A stretch of DNA of 64,000 bases from Chiloscyllium plagiosum. Its lineage: Eukaryota. The position numbers were made by a program, and so were the translations under genes. Under the pieces are notes generated by a model. It had not been told where the DNA came from, ran no database searches, and saw nothing but the letters and a program-made list of their open reading frames with translations. The stretch spans positions 19,539,366 to 19,603,365 of the forward strand of contig NC_057750.1 of NCBI RefSeq assembly GCF_004010195.1, written 5' to 3'. Positions 50,564-62,263 of the stretch are shown in pieces; positions within the stretch are counted from its first letter, which is position 1, and the number at the start of each line of letters is the position of its first letter.

Positions 50564-53500
50564 CATAAGGAAATAGACTCCAGCCTTTTCTTGGAATCAA
50601 ATCACAGAGATCTACCAGTGTGATATGTATCTCAGTGCTTCAGTAATTGGCCAGGGTCATGATGCATAGCTATATGTTCACTCTTGTGCATATGAAATAG
50701 CATTAAAGATATTTCCACAATGGCGTTGTCCCTGTCAATTTCCATGGATAAGCCACAGCCTGTTCTCGCTCCTTTTATTGCCCAGGATGGTACTCTGGGT
50801 GTTAGCCCCTTTCTCCAGACCTCTGATTGCCAGGTTGAAATCTTATTTGCCCAGCAGTCCTAAAGGAAATGGCTGCTTTGGCCAGAGTTACATACATATT
50901 GGGTTTGGGGTTCATTTGTGGCAGTCTGTTCTTCTAGGAGCAGGGGTCTTATATGGAGGGGGAGATTTTCTGGGCCTGTGTGGTGTATTCCTGCCCCCAT
51001 TTGTGAGATTACATTGCTAAATATATTTAAGGATAATCCAAAGAGATTCTACAAATACATTAAGCGCAAGAGGCTAACTAGACAGGCATAGGGCTCTTTA
51101 CAGATCAAGGACATTGTCTTTGTGTTTAACTCTCCCTGGGAGTTGGGAGAGATACTAAATCAATATTTCTGATCAGATTTTAATGCGGAGAAAGAAATGG
51201 AGTAGAGAGAATACATAGAGATAAACATTTAATGTTTTAAAACCAGTTAATGGTACTGAACAGGAGGTTTGGGAGTTCTTAGAGAATATAAAGATGGATA
51301 AATCTCCAGGACCTGATGTGATGTATGCAAGAACATTGTGGGAACTAAGGGAAGAATTGCGAGACCCCTTGAAGAAATATTTATATCATGTGTAACTACA
51401 GGTGAGGTGGGTGACTAACATTGTATCTTTGTTAAAGAAAGGTTGGAAGGAGAATCCAGAGAACTCTTGACCTGTGAGTCTGACTTCAGTTGGGGGCAAA
51501 TTGTTGGAGATGATTTTAAAAGATCGGATTTCTGGACATTGAGAGAGGCAAAAATTGATTAGAGATAGTCAGCATGGTTTTATGTGAGGAAACGTATGAC
51601 TCGCAAACTTGGTTAAGTTTTTTAAGGAAAAAACTAGATAGATCAATGAGGGCAGAGTAGTAGACGTCACTTGGACTTTATTAAAGTGTTCAATCAGGGT
51701 TCTGCGTTGAAGGCTAATTAGTACATTTAGCTCACATAGGATTCAGGCTAAGCTTGCCTTTTGAATACATAATTAATTTAACAGCATGTGATAAAGAGTG
51801 ATGGTGGAGGGTCACTTTTTGGACTGGAGACCTGTCACTAGCTGTGATCCAAAGGGGCGGGTTCTGGGTCCCCTTTTGTTTGTGATTTATTTAAGTGATT
51901 TGGATGAGAATATAGACGGCATGATTAGTGAGTTTGTGGACATCACCAACATTGGTGGCATAGTAGACAATGAAGAAGTTTTCTAAGATCCCAAAGGGAT
52001 GTTGATTAAATGGGTCAATGGGCTGAATAATGGCAGGTACAGTTCAATCTGAATAAATGTGAGGTATTGCATTTTGGTACAAAAAACAAGGAAAGTGCTT
52101 GTACAATTAGCAGTCGGGTCTGGGATAGTACAGACCAAAACAAAATAACAAAAGAGAAGAATAGCACAGGAACAGGCCCTTCAGCTCTCCAAGCCTGCGC
52201 CAATCATTGTGCCCGAAGCGCACTAAAGAACAAAACTTCTACCCTCATTCAATATCCCTCTAATCCCTCATTATTCATGTAACCTTCCAGATGCCTCTTA
52301 AAAGTAACCATTGTGCGCACTTCCACTAGCTCGTCTGGCAGTGTTTACCGGGCTCCTACTGCTCTCAGTGTGAAACTTTTCCCTCGCACATCTCCTTCAA
52401 AGTTGGCCCATCCCACCTTGAACCTGTGCCCCCTTGTAATTGAAACTTTAATACTGGAAAAAAGTCTCTGACTATCCACTCTAACTATGCCTCTCATAAT
52501 TGTGTAGAACTCTATCAGGTCTCCTCTCAGCTGCGGTCTTTCCAGTGAAGACAATCTTAGTCTTTTTTAACCGTTCCTCACAGCCAATCTCCTCGAGACC
52601 AGGCAACAACTTTGTTGAATCTTCTTTGCACTCTCTCCAAAGCTTCCATGTCCTTTTGATAATGTGGCGATGAAAACTAAACACAGTTCTCCAAATGCGA
52701 CCTAACATGGTGTTAGATGACTGCAACATGGTTTGACGACTCCTGTACCCCATGTTGTCTGCCTTCTTAACCTTGGCAACCTGTGTTGCTCCTTTTAGGG
52801 AACCTGCGTGTCCAAATCCAAGTGTATGGTAATGTTCCTAAGTGTTCTGCCATTTACAGGATAACTCACACCAAAGTTTGATCCTCCAAGATGCAACACC
52901 CTACATTTGTCGGGAGAATGTGAATTCATGACCTGACACATGCCCATGTACTATTGCCCCCAAGCTGAACCAACCTTAGTTCGATTATGAAAGGAGGAAC
53001 GCATGTAGCTGCTGAAATACGATTAAGTATTCCTAAAATGAAGTGTCCAGCTGGTGCAGCCACAAATTAAGGCCAAATAGTGTGACAACAAGAAGAAGGA
53101 GTATGTATTTGACAGAACTAAACATCCTGACAACTGGAGGCTCAGATCAAAATTTTTCTGTCCTGCCACAAAAGGCATGGATAATCCCTGACAAATACAC
53201 AGATCATTGACTGAGGAGGATCCAAGACATCTCACATTTGTAATAATGGTCATGTCCCATGTTATCAGTTTAAAGCTTAAGGCTTTAGAATTTGAATTCC
53301 ATATGTCTGGAGAAAGGATCCGTCTTGGAATTCTTCTGAGGTTCCCAACATTGCAAACGTTTGCCTTCGGCTCATTAGATTCGCTCCATCTGAGTATCAA
53401 GAATGTGCTGATTTTGTTCGTGTGTAAATAAATTCTGTTTTGTTTAAAACTGAGTGGTTTGACCAGCTGTGTACTCAGGACTGCAAATTTAAGGGACACT

Positions 53501-54430
53501 GACAATATTCTGATAATTACCCTGATGTGTTACACACCACAACTGGCCATCTCCCTGGTCAAGTCCTTCAAACCAAGTGATTAGTGCTGCAACTGTAAAT
53601 GATCACCACCTCCAGTACTGATGAACAATAGTAACAGTATGTTTCATACACAAGATGAGTGGAAGAAAATCTCCAAAGTTCCTTCTCCGCACTTTAAGAG
53701 CACAATCAAGTTTCACTTGGAAAGACAAGTGCAATGGGCATGGGAAAATGCTGCCTATAAGATCCATTCCAAGGCAATCACCATCTTGAAGGAGAAATAT
53801 AATACCGTTTCTTGCTGACTTTGTGCAAACTCCTGCAAATCCCTGCCTTACAGCTTTGCCTATACCAAATTAGCTGCATTGTCTCAAGAAGACAGCTCAT
53901 GATATCTGAATGAGACTATTTATAGTTGAACATTAAAAACTCCCTATCGAGTTCATCCCCCATCCTGAATCAATTAAAAAGCTTATTTCAGAAATAAAAA
54001 AACTCGATATTTTGTTGAAACGTTTCACTTTAGGAAGGTAGACCAGACCCTAATGTTTATAGCTGATTGAAGACGATTGAAGGTGAATTTCCAGGTGCGA
54101 CACAGCTGGTCAAACCACTCGGTTTTAAACAAAACAGAATTTATTTACACACGAACAAAGAAAACCGAATTGACGATAACATAACTACTTGAAAAGCCAA
54201 CCGACAAAAAAATGTAACTTAATGAAGAACTGTTCTGATTTCCTGCAACATCCCATAAACACACCCCTTGGCAAAGAGGTAAATTCAAACACAGGTTCTT
54301 CCCGGAGAGGGATGTCAGAGAAAGAAACCTTCTGTATGGAGCTGTCTCTTTGTGTCCCCAGCTGAACCCAAAACCAAAGTAGGAAATCCCTGAACTGGGA
54401 GAAATGGCTGCTCCCATCTCATTGTTGCTG

Positions 54431-55050
54431 TGTGACAATGCTGTTCCTTTTTTCTAAAAGCTGTTCCTTTTCTCAAGGATATTGTGTCCTTGGTTTTTCT
54501 CAGAGGGGTCGTAAACAGACTGGGCTCCAAATCGACTGGTTTGGTACAACAATAAAAGGGTATTGAGAGGCCTTTTTGTTCATACATAAACAGATGAGAC
54601 TTTAGGCTAAAGATTTTATGTTTTTAGAAGAGACCTGTATCATGAAAGGGGAGTGGCCCGTCCTGGAAACTGAAGTTAAGTTCCAGTCAGTTCAACAGTG
54701 CACTGGGTGGAAACAGGCTGCTGAACTCTCTCTCCTTCTGCCCCTCTAACTTCGACCTGTAAGCCTTTGTTTCATTTTTATTGTGTTTAAGGGGTTTGTT
54801 TATTGGGACTGTTGTGCATAGTTAAGTCTAAATTGGATAGACTGAGTTCTGTAGGTGTTATTTATTCTGTTCTTTGTGTTGCATTCTGCAATTTTGAGAA
54901 TAAATGTTTGTCTGTTTTAAAGCCTAGTAGTCAATTGAGCTAACTTACTCTGGGTAATTTTCAGTGTACACTTACCAAAACAAATAGCAAACTTTAGGTC
55001 TAAGCTGCCTGCTGAAAAATGTTTTGACTGGTCTGGTCTAGTCCATAACA
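54431..55050 (+). mobile_element. Family A-related solo LTR, unit-B-specific, nested in an opposite-strand LTR of the same family
   Basis: TGTGACAATGC...TAGTCCATAACA, AATAAA near 54899; absent at 39430 in unit A. Confidence 0.8.
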
Positions 55051-56254
55051 TTGTTGTGTCGCCTTATTCTTACCAGACCATAGGGGCTGCTCTCTTACTG
55101 GCTACTAGACCTCAGGTGACGGAAGAGGTTGAGAAGGAAAGTAGTTCATGGTAACCTCAAACCGGTGATGAGAATTGAGCCCATGCTATTAGTACTACAC
55201 TGTTCTGTAAGCCATTGATCCAGCCAACTGAGCTAAACCAATTCCCCATCTCATTATACAAGTGTTTCACTAAAAGTACAAAGCTAAAATCTTTTCTGAT
55301 TGTTGACTTAGGCAGCATCTGTTGGCCATTATTAAACTAGCCAATTACATTTTGGCATCTCTGCCTTTGTGACCCATCTTGAAAAACAACACTGGACAGA
55401 ATAACCTTGTTAAAGGAGCACCACATTGGAGAGACTCATCAGGTCTGATACCATCAGTGCAGAGAGAAACAGTATTAATGTTCCCAGTCCTGCATGATTT
55501 TCCTTCATAAGAGACAATAGAGAATAATATTTATATCACGTGAGAGAGTGATAATGGAATGTGAATGGTTGCTGTGGTGAATATATCAGATGGTGAATGA
55601 GGGTTAATGTTTATTTGAGGCTTAAAAGCCGACAGTTAGACCACCATTTGTCAAGGGATTGTCCTGGGAAATGAGCAAGAGAATGAATGCACTGCATTTT
55701 GTTGAGTGAAAGTAGGCATAGTTTGTATTTTTTTCATCCATTTATGAAGAACAAAGGTACTTTTATTCATACATGGAGCTTCCTGTATGTCCAACTGCAC
55801 TACAAGGTTAGCTAGACCAGTTAACTACTTTGGTTGCCAGCACTCTTTCGTGCACTCAGGATTATTTAGCAGAAGTTCAACAATTTCAAAATCACATCCA
55901 ATATTGGTCATTGAGCTTTGAGCTTTTTAGCTATACCTTGGCTGATCACTACCAACTTCCTGTGTGTCACAAAGATCAAGAGATAAATGTTGTTTGAAAT
56001 AATTGAGGACATGTCTTATGCACTGTAGCAACTAAGTGCAAAGTGCAATTTTTGGCACAAAGTCTGAGATAGTCGGTCCTGAAATGATCAGGTATTAGAA
56101 ACTATTCAGATCAAACTGAAAATTTTTAGGAAGTGAAATAGCATGTTGTTGCTCAGTGCTTCATTCAACAGATTTATTTTTGAAACGCTATAAGCAACAT
56201 CTGTTTACGTATGAACAAAAAGGCCTCTCAATACCCTTTTACTGTTGCAACAAA

Positions 56255-56445
56255 CATTCACCTATTGTACTCTATGCTACTTTCTCCCCACCCCCACCCT
56301 CCTCTCATTTATTTCTCCACCCTTCAGCCTGTATTCCTGAAACGTCGATTTTACTGTTCCTCAGATGCTGCCTGAACTGCTGTGCTTTTCCAGCACCACT
56401 AATCCAGAATCTGGTTTCCAGCATCTGCACTCATTGTTTTTACCT
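56255..56445 (+). mobile_element. PLE-derived tail with a deleted hammerhead stem II
   Basis: Matches the right arm and tail of the 50226-50563 element; core collapsed to CCTGAAACGTCG. Confidence 0.8.
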
Positions 56446-56550
56446 AGTATCACAAGATGTACTTGCAGGTCTCCGATTTTCCGTTTCTCTGAACAGTTTT
56501 GGGCAATATCCATGCTCACGATCCTACAACTTGTTGAATATACGTTTGCT

Positions 56551-56720
56551 GTAAAACATTGTCAAGTGAACATGTTTGTTCAGTGACTGTAATCAATTCC
56601 AGTCTCCATGGGCTGGGGCTTCCTCAGCAGGATAAAACCTCCGTCGCTTCCTGGTAGTTGCACACACTCTCGGGAGTCCCGACCGATGACTAAAGTGGAG
56701 AATCTCCTGGTTGTGAAAGA
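56551..56720 (+). promoter_or_regulatory. Candidate core promoter and 5' UTR of GPCR copy B
   Basis: Highly conserved with copy A; forkhead-like TGTTTGTT, homeobox-like TAATCAATT, TATA/GATA-like GATAAAA ~90 bp upstream of the ATG. Confidence 0.55.
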
Positions 56721-56811
56721 ATGAACTGGAGTCTGATCTTCCAAATAGGAGACGTTCTTTATGATATCCAAAAGATATACTACCCCCTACTCGCCACTAT
56801 TTCAATTCCAA
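56721..56811 (+). CDS. GPR139-like GPCR, exon 1 (MNWSLIFQIGDVLYDIQKIYYPLLATISIP)
   Basis: Ends A|GTAAG (phase 1); supplies the N-terminal half of TM1; conserved at 42625-42715. Confidence 0.82.
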
Positions 56812-57508
56812 GTAAGCCTCAATATTCAAAAATTCATATTAACGATATATTGTTGCTATTCTGCTTGCCATTCTGTGGACGTTATAACATACACGTGAAA
56901 CCTGGTACTACATGTTTTTTTTTGTTAGTTTTCTTTTAAATCTATGCAGAAATTTTCATAATCATTTATATTTTAAAAAATATTCAAAATGTATCACACT
57001 TGTGATTGCTTTATCAGCTTACCTCAGTTTGGATTTTCATATCAATGGAGTGTACAGTTTATTAAGATTCAACACATGTAGTGTGTATGTACAGGAAACC
57101 TTCGTGTGCTGCAAATTGCATATTGTATTTGATGATTAAAACTAATGCTCGGCACAATTAGTTTTCTCGTGAGTATTAGTGCGCCAAGGTTGATAACAAT
57201 TTCACTTCTATTATTCAAATATTCACAAGGGACCGTTGAAATGAACAGATTAGATTACTTACAATGTGGAAATAGGCCCTGTGCCACTGTGCCCCAAATG
57301 CTTGGTCTTAATCACGCACTAATTAAATTGTCCGCAAAATCAGACAACTACAGAATCTACCAGCAATGACGAAGACACTGGTCCTGTGACCGGATTTTTA
57401 AGACTGCTATCTGGAACTCAGTATAAATAGTGTACTTCAAACTTGATGCAGAACCTCTGTAGTCAGTTAGTATTTCCAAAAAGAATGTTTTGCGTGTTTT
57501 TTTACAAA

Positions 57509-57812
57509 TTAGATTACTTACAGTGTGGAAACAGGCCCTTCGGCCCAGCAAGTCCACACCGACCCGCCGAAGAGCAACCCACCTAGACCCATTCCCCTAC
57601 ATTTACCCCTTCACCTAACACTACGGGCAATTTAGCATGGCCAATTCACCTAACCTGCACATGTTTGGACTGTGGGAGGAAACCGGGAGCACCCGAGGAA
57701 ACCCACGCAGACACGGGGAGAATGTGCAAACTCCACACAGTTACCTGAGGCGGGGATTGAAGCCGGGTCTTTGGCGCTGTGAGGCAACAGTGCTAGCTAC
57801 CGTGCCGCCCAC
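57509..57812 (-). mobile_element. HE1 SINE in the GPCR intron (unit B only)
   Basis: Full reverse-complement HE1; absent in the unit A intron. Confidence 0.92.
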
Positions 57813-60555
57813 GTTTTCTGGGAATCTGTGCAGAATGCATATTGATAGAATCTGTGCAGAATGCGTATTTATCGAACTGTTTCAAACTTCACAGAATGCT
57901 TGGAATGCGTCGAGTTTACCAGAGATTGAGAGCATAGTGGAGTGCAAACACAAGTTGCTGTTTACAAATGCCCCATGAATTATTGTGCAAATTCACTAAA
58001 TCGTTTGAATAATACAAATGCAATTATCTGTGTCAGTTTTAAGTCCGTGCAGATATTTCTTAGAGGCTTTGTATTTATAGGTGAATATCCTTACATAACT
58101 TCATGGTAACATTCAACATTCACCGAATGTCCTTAGGAGTTAATGTTTGGAAACTTCGTCAATATTATTTTAGCGTATGCTGAGAGTGTTCGGAATATCA
58201 GTACGTGGGATTGCATTAGTGTAACGTATAATCCTCGGTATATTTGGTATTTCCGAGTATGTCTTGGAGTCTGATCATGTCGATAAAAATTGATGGCTGC
58301 CTAATAGGTACCAAGATGCCCAAGTGTCGATCATAATTCAGTAAATCTTCTTTCATTATCACATTATCCTCCAGTATGCCTGTTTCTGAGCTACAAATCT
58401 ACGATGGATTTTAATCGGCAGCAGAGGTGTGTTTGAACAGTTAAATTAAAAGTATATTTCATGGTATCAAATGGCAGAATGCAATTCTTTTATAATCAAT
58501 GCATCAACTTGTCCTGCGTTCTGAAATCAACCTGAAAGAGCTTCAGAACTTAAAATCTTAAGTGTCCCTTTAGAACAGCAATATTAATGTATTGGCATCG
58601 CAGTGGCTCGAGAAGACGACTTACTATTGCCTTTGTAAGTACAATTAGATGTCAGAAATAAATGCCACTCATCTATCAGAGCAATAGAAACAACAGAATT
58701 GCTATATTACTAGTAGCACTAACAGATTTACTAATAGAAACTACAATGCTGACATTTCTCCTGGGAAGTCAGCACATTTATATTGAATCCATGCAATTTG
58801 GAAATATGCTAGGCAACTTATTTTTCCTGATACATAACGTTTAAGACATTTTCTTTTGGAAACATCTCAGGTGCATTTGAATATTTAATCAAAATCTTTG
58901 GAGGATGCCAATCTTCCAAAGTTTATTCAAAATGCTTCCATTGTCTGATTACTTACAATTGATGCTTGATGTATTTCAGTATTTACACACAATTTTTGGA
59001 TCATGTCTGGGAATATCAGGTTTTCTTTAGAGTTTAAGGAAAAAGAAAACCTTGCATTGTGCTGTTATGAACAATCTCTGACAGTGCTTCAGGATTTGCA
59101 CTGACTGCATGAAATGTCGGTCCTTATACACCTATTTACATTGTATTGCTGAGTCAATTTGACCAGTAATTACAGTAGGTAATTTTCATTCACGTGCAAT
59201 GAACCTGACTGGAATCTTCACTGTCAGTAAAGCGAGAGATGACAGTTTGATGAAGACCGAAACATGGTATCCATGCATTACATTTTTCAAGTTGTCAATG
59301 AAAAACTTGAAGCATTTTTCATGTGTCTGAAATAAATGTAACTGACATTTATTGGAAAAGCCATTCAACCTAACAAAGTGTGCAGAGATCAATATCAAAA
59401 TTTGCACCGATTTGAGAACCTTGATATTTTGTGAAATGTGCAAATATTGCACATTATGTGTACAGAATCAAACTCTCAACCAGGTTTTCCACAATAGCTT
59501 GCTGTAAATAGAGTCAAGCACATACAGTGAATGACTTGAAATGAAGCAATGTATTACAAAATATTTTTGTTCTGTTAATTATGTTTATTTTGCATTGTTT
59601 ACCTACAATGTATGCTTCAGTTAAAAGCTGTCTCAACATGGAAGGCTTTGCACTCGTATAAAGATAACATCCTAAATTTTGTATAGAAAAGGAAACCTAT
59701 TTGGACAGGGGAACTTGATGAATTTTAAAGAACTAGATGGGATTTTTGGGTTTTAAATATAGAAAATAGAAAACTAACTCAAAAGCATATGGACCACACT
59801 TGAGAAAAGGCTCTGAACAACATCTAATTCAGTGATGACTGCCGTTATAATCAGGTGGCAAAATGTTGGAGATCATTTTGCAAAAGATCAAACACATGAC
59901 TGGTAGAAACAGAGCATATCATAACAAACTTTTTTTCTGCTGGTGAGCAAAGTGATGCTGAAAGGACACTGTTTCAGGGATAATAACAAGATTTACAAAG
60001 GACAACACAATCAGGAGAACTGATCTCACATTACAGAGAGAAGACTGTTGGTGGTTTAACTGCATCTTGGGCGTCGAAAGAGATTGAAAAGGAGGTACTT
60101 TCATGGTAATCACAGCCAGTCCCACATCTGAACAGGCACTATTAGCATCACTCTACATTCCAAATCATCTGTGCATCAAACTGATCTAATTGATGCCTAC
60201 AACATGGAGGAGAAAGAGGGATTCTGTTGTGTAGAGCTTTAAGACATAGCTTGTAATCCCAACCTGAGAAGACAAGGAAAACCAAGTTAATGGTTCTATC
60301 AAAAATATAATAATCTTGAGGGTCACAAATTTGACCGTTACACTCACAAATATGTGTGACTGACTATATCTGTTACAGATAGACGATGTGAGATTGGGAC
60401 TGAATGTATTTGTTTCAGACAGAAATTGTAGGTAAAATGCATCATTTGACTACCTATATACTAGATGGCCGAATGTTTCCCCAGCTCCTCATCAATCTTC
60501 TATGTTTTGTTTTACTGTTCAAGTGCTAATAATCTTTTGCCTCATTATGTGGCAG

Positions 60556-61463
60556 TTAACATCCTAACGGTGGTGATCCTTTCACGGGGCAACTGTGGTC
60601 TTTCCAGATGTGTCACTTCCTACCTAGTGGCCATGGCAGCAGCTGATCTACTGGTGGCCATGTTTGATCTAATCTTAAGGCAAATTCCAATTACATATTG
60701 GAGTCAGTTTTCCTTTCTTTGGAACATTCCCATTTGTAATATCCATGCTGTCTTGTTGTATGCCAGCACAGATGGTTCTGTGTGGCTCACTATCAGTTTC
60801 ACCTTTGATAGATTTGTGGCGATTTGCTGCCAGAAGCAGAAAATAAGGTATTGCACACAAAAAACTGCAATTGTTATTATTGGAATAGTAACCATGTTGA
60901 GCTGTTTAAAAAATATTTTCTGGTATTTTATATTCCGAAGTGTCTACAAATTATCAAATGCTCCGTGGTTCTGCTATGCAAAATGGTGGGTTTTGTATTC
61001 AAAGCTATGGATTGTTGTCGAACTGCTTCATTATATTCTGAACCCTTGTGTACCATTTGCCACGATACTGCTGCTTAATGCCTTGATTGTTAGGTGTATT
61101 TTATTGGCCAGCAGAGCACGCAGAAGAATCCGGAGTGACAGCAGTGGAGGAAGCCCCAGAGACCCAGAGTTGCAGAACAGAAGAAAATCCGTCATTTTAT
61201 TGTTTGCTATCTCTGGGAATTTCATCCTGTTATGGGCAATATTTATGTTATATTATATGTGGCTTCGTATGTTATATTTGGGATATCGGTACATATATCT
61301 ACCGCCTTTTGTACGAGAGCTCGGATTGATGCTTCAGCTCCTGAGTTGTTGCACAAACACTTGTATATATGCGGTGACCCAGAGTAAATTCAGAATACAG
61401 ATAATGAATGCATTAATATATCCTTTTGCTGTAATGTTCAAATTTATTAAATTTACACAATGA
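60556..61463 (+). CDS. GPR139/GPR142-like class A GPCR, exon 2 (spliced CDS 999 nt, 332 aa, intact)
   Basis: Acceptor CAG|TT restores I-NILTVVILS; TM2 YLVAMAAADLLV, TM3 SVWLTISFTFDRFVAIC, TM5 PFATILLLN, TM6 FILLW, TM7 TNTCIY, helix 8 KFR. Confidence 0.9.
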
Positions 61464-61717
61464 AGGGATTTTCTTGCCCGCAAGTACATGGTTTTTTTTG
61501 TCTGATTTGCTGATGTTTGGGGCATCTGGGTGAGTTGTGGCACTGTTGTTTACATGCTTGGTTTTAAATCAGGTTCCCATTCCATTCCTGGCCGGTCATG
61601 TCGAAATTTCTTGTCTTATAACAAGGCATCTCTCAAATGGAACAACATAGAAATTTTGAATTTTCTTTCTCAGATAGAGGTTACCTATTCTAAAACACGG
61701 TTCTGAAGCAAATTCGA

Positions 61718-61955
61718 AGGAGTTTGCACATTCTCCCCATGTCTGCGTGGGTTTCCTCCGCGTGCTCCGGTTTCCTCCCATAGTCCAAAAATGTGCAGGT
61801 CAGGTGAATTGGCCATGCTAAATTGCCCGTAGTGTTAGGTGAAGGGGTAAATGTAGGGGAATGGGTCTGGGTGGGTTGCTATTCGACGGGTCGGTGTGGA
61901 CTTGTTGGGCCGAAGGGCCGGTTTCCACACAGTAAGTAATCTAATCTAATCTAAT
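61718..61955 (+). mobile_element. 5'-truncated HE1 SINE in the putative GPCR 3' UTR (unit B only)
   Basis: GGAGTTTGCACATTCTCCCC...(TAATC)n; empty site at ~46450. Confidence 0.9.
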
Positions 61956-62257
61956 TATTTATGAAATCCTGGTCAATCTATATTCTTCAAATCAACATTG
62001 CAAACACGTAACTAATTACATTTCCATTTGGAAATTTAAATCGTGTTTTGCGGGTTAATAATACACAACGCCATGCTTCGAATATGTTCCGCTGGCTGTG
62101 AACGACTGTGACGACACTTTGAAAGTGAATGGTGCCATATAAACTTTTACCTCCTATGTTCTGTGGAAGGTGTTTTCTGCCTACTGTATCACTATCTCTT
62201 CAACTAAAACACAAATGTGGAGATTGTATGACTTCTAATGTAGGAGTCTGAATTTAT

Positions 62258-62263
62258 AATAAA
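62258..62263 (+). terminator. Candidate polyadenylation signal (paralog at 46721-46726)
   Basis: AATAAA within a ~100-bp block nearly identical between units, downstream of the stop codon. Confidence 0.5.

Larger units (their letters stand above)
35190..51024 (+). repeat. Tandem segmental duplication, unit A
   Basis: Colinear with 51025-64000: shared CR1 tail-to-tail junction (~36290 and ~52140), LTR/SINE nest, GPCR exons, intron and 3' flank. The right boundary is approximate. Confidence 0.9.

Noticed and set aside
60465..60555. ATG at 60465 as the receptor start
   Set aside because: Not conserved in copy A, overlaps the acceptor tract, and the upstream exon gives a better TM1.
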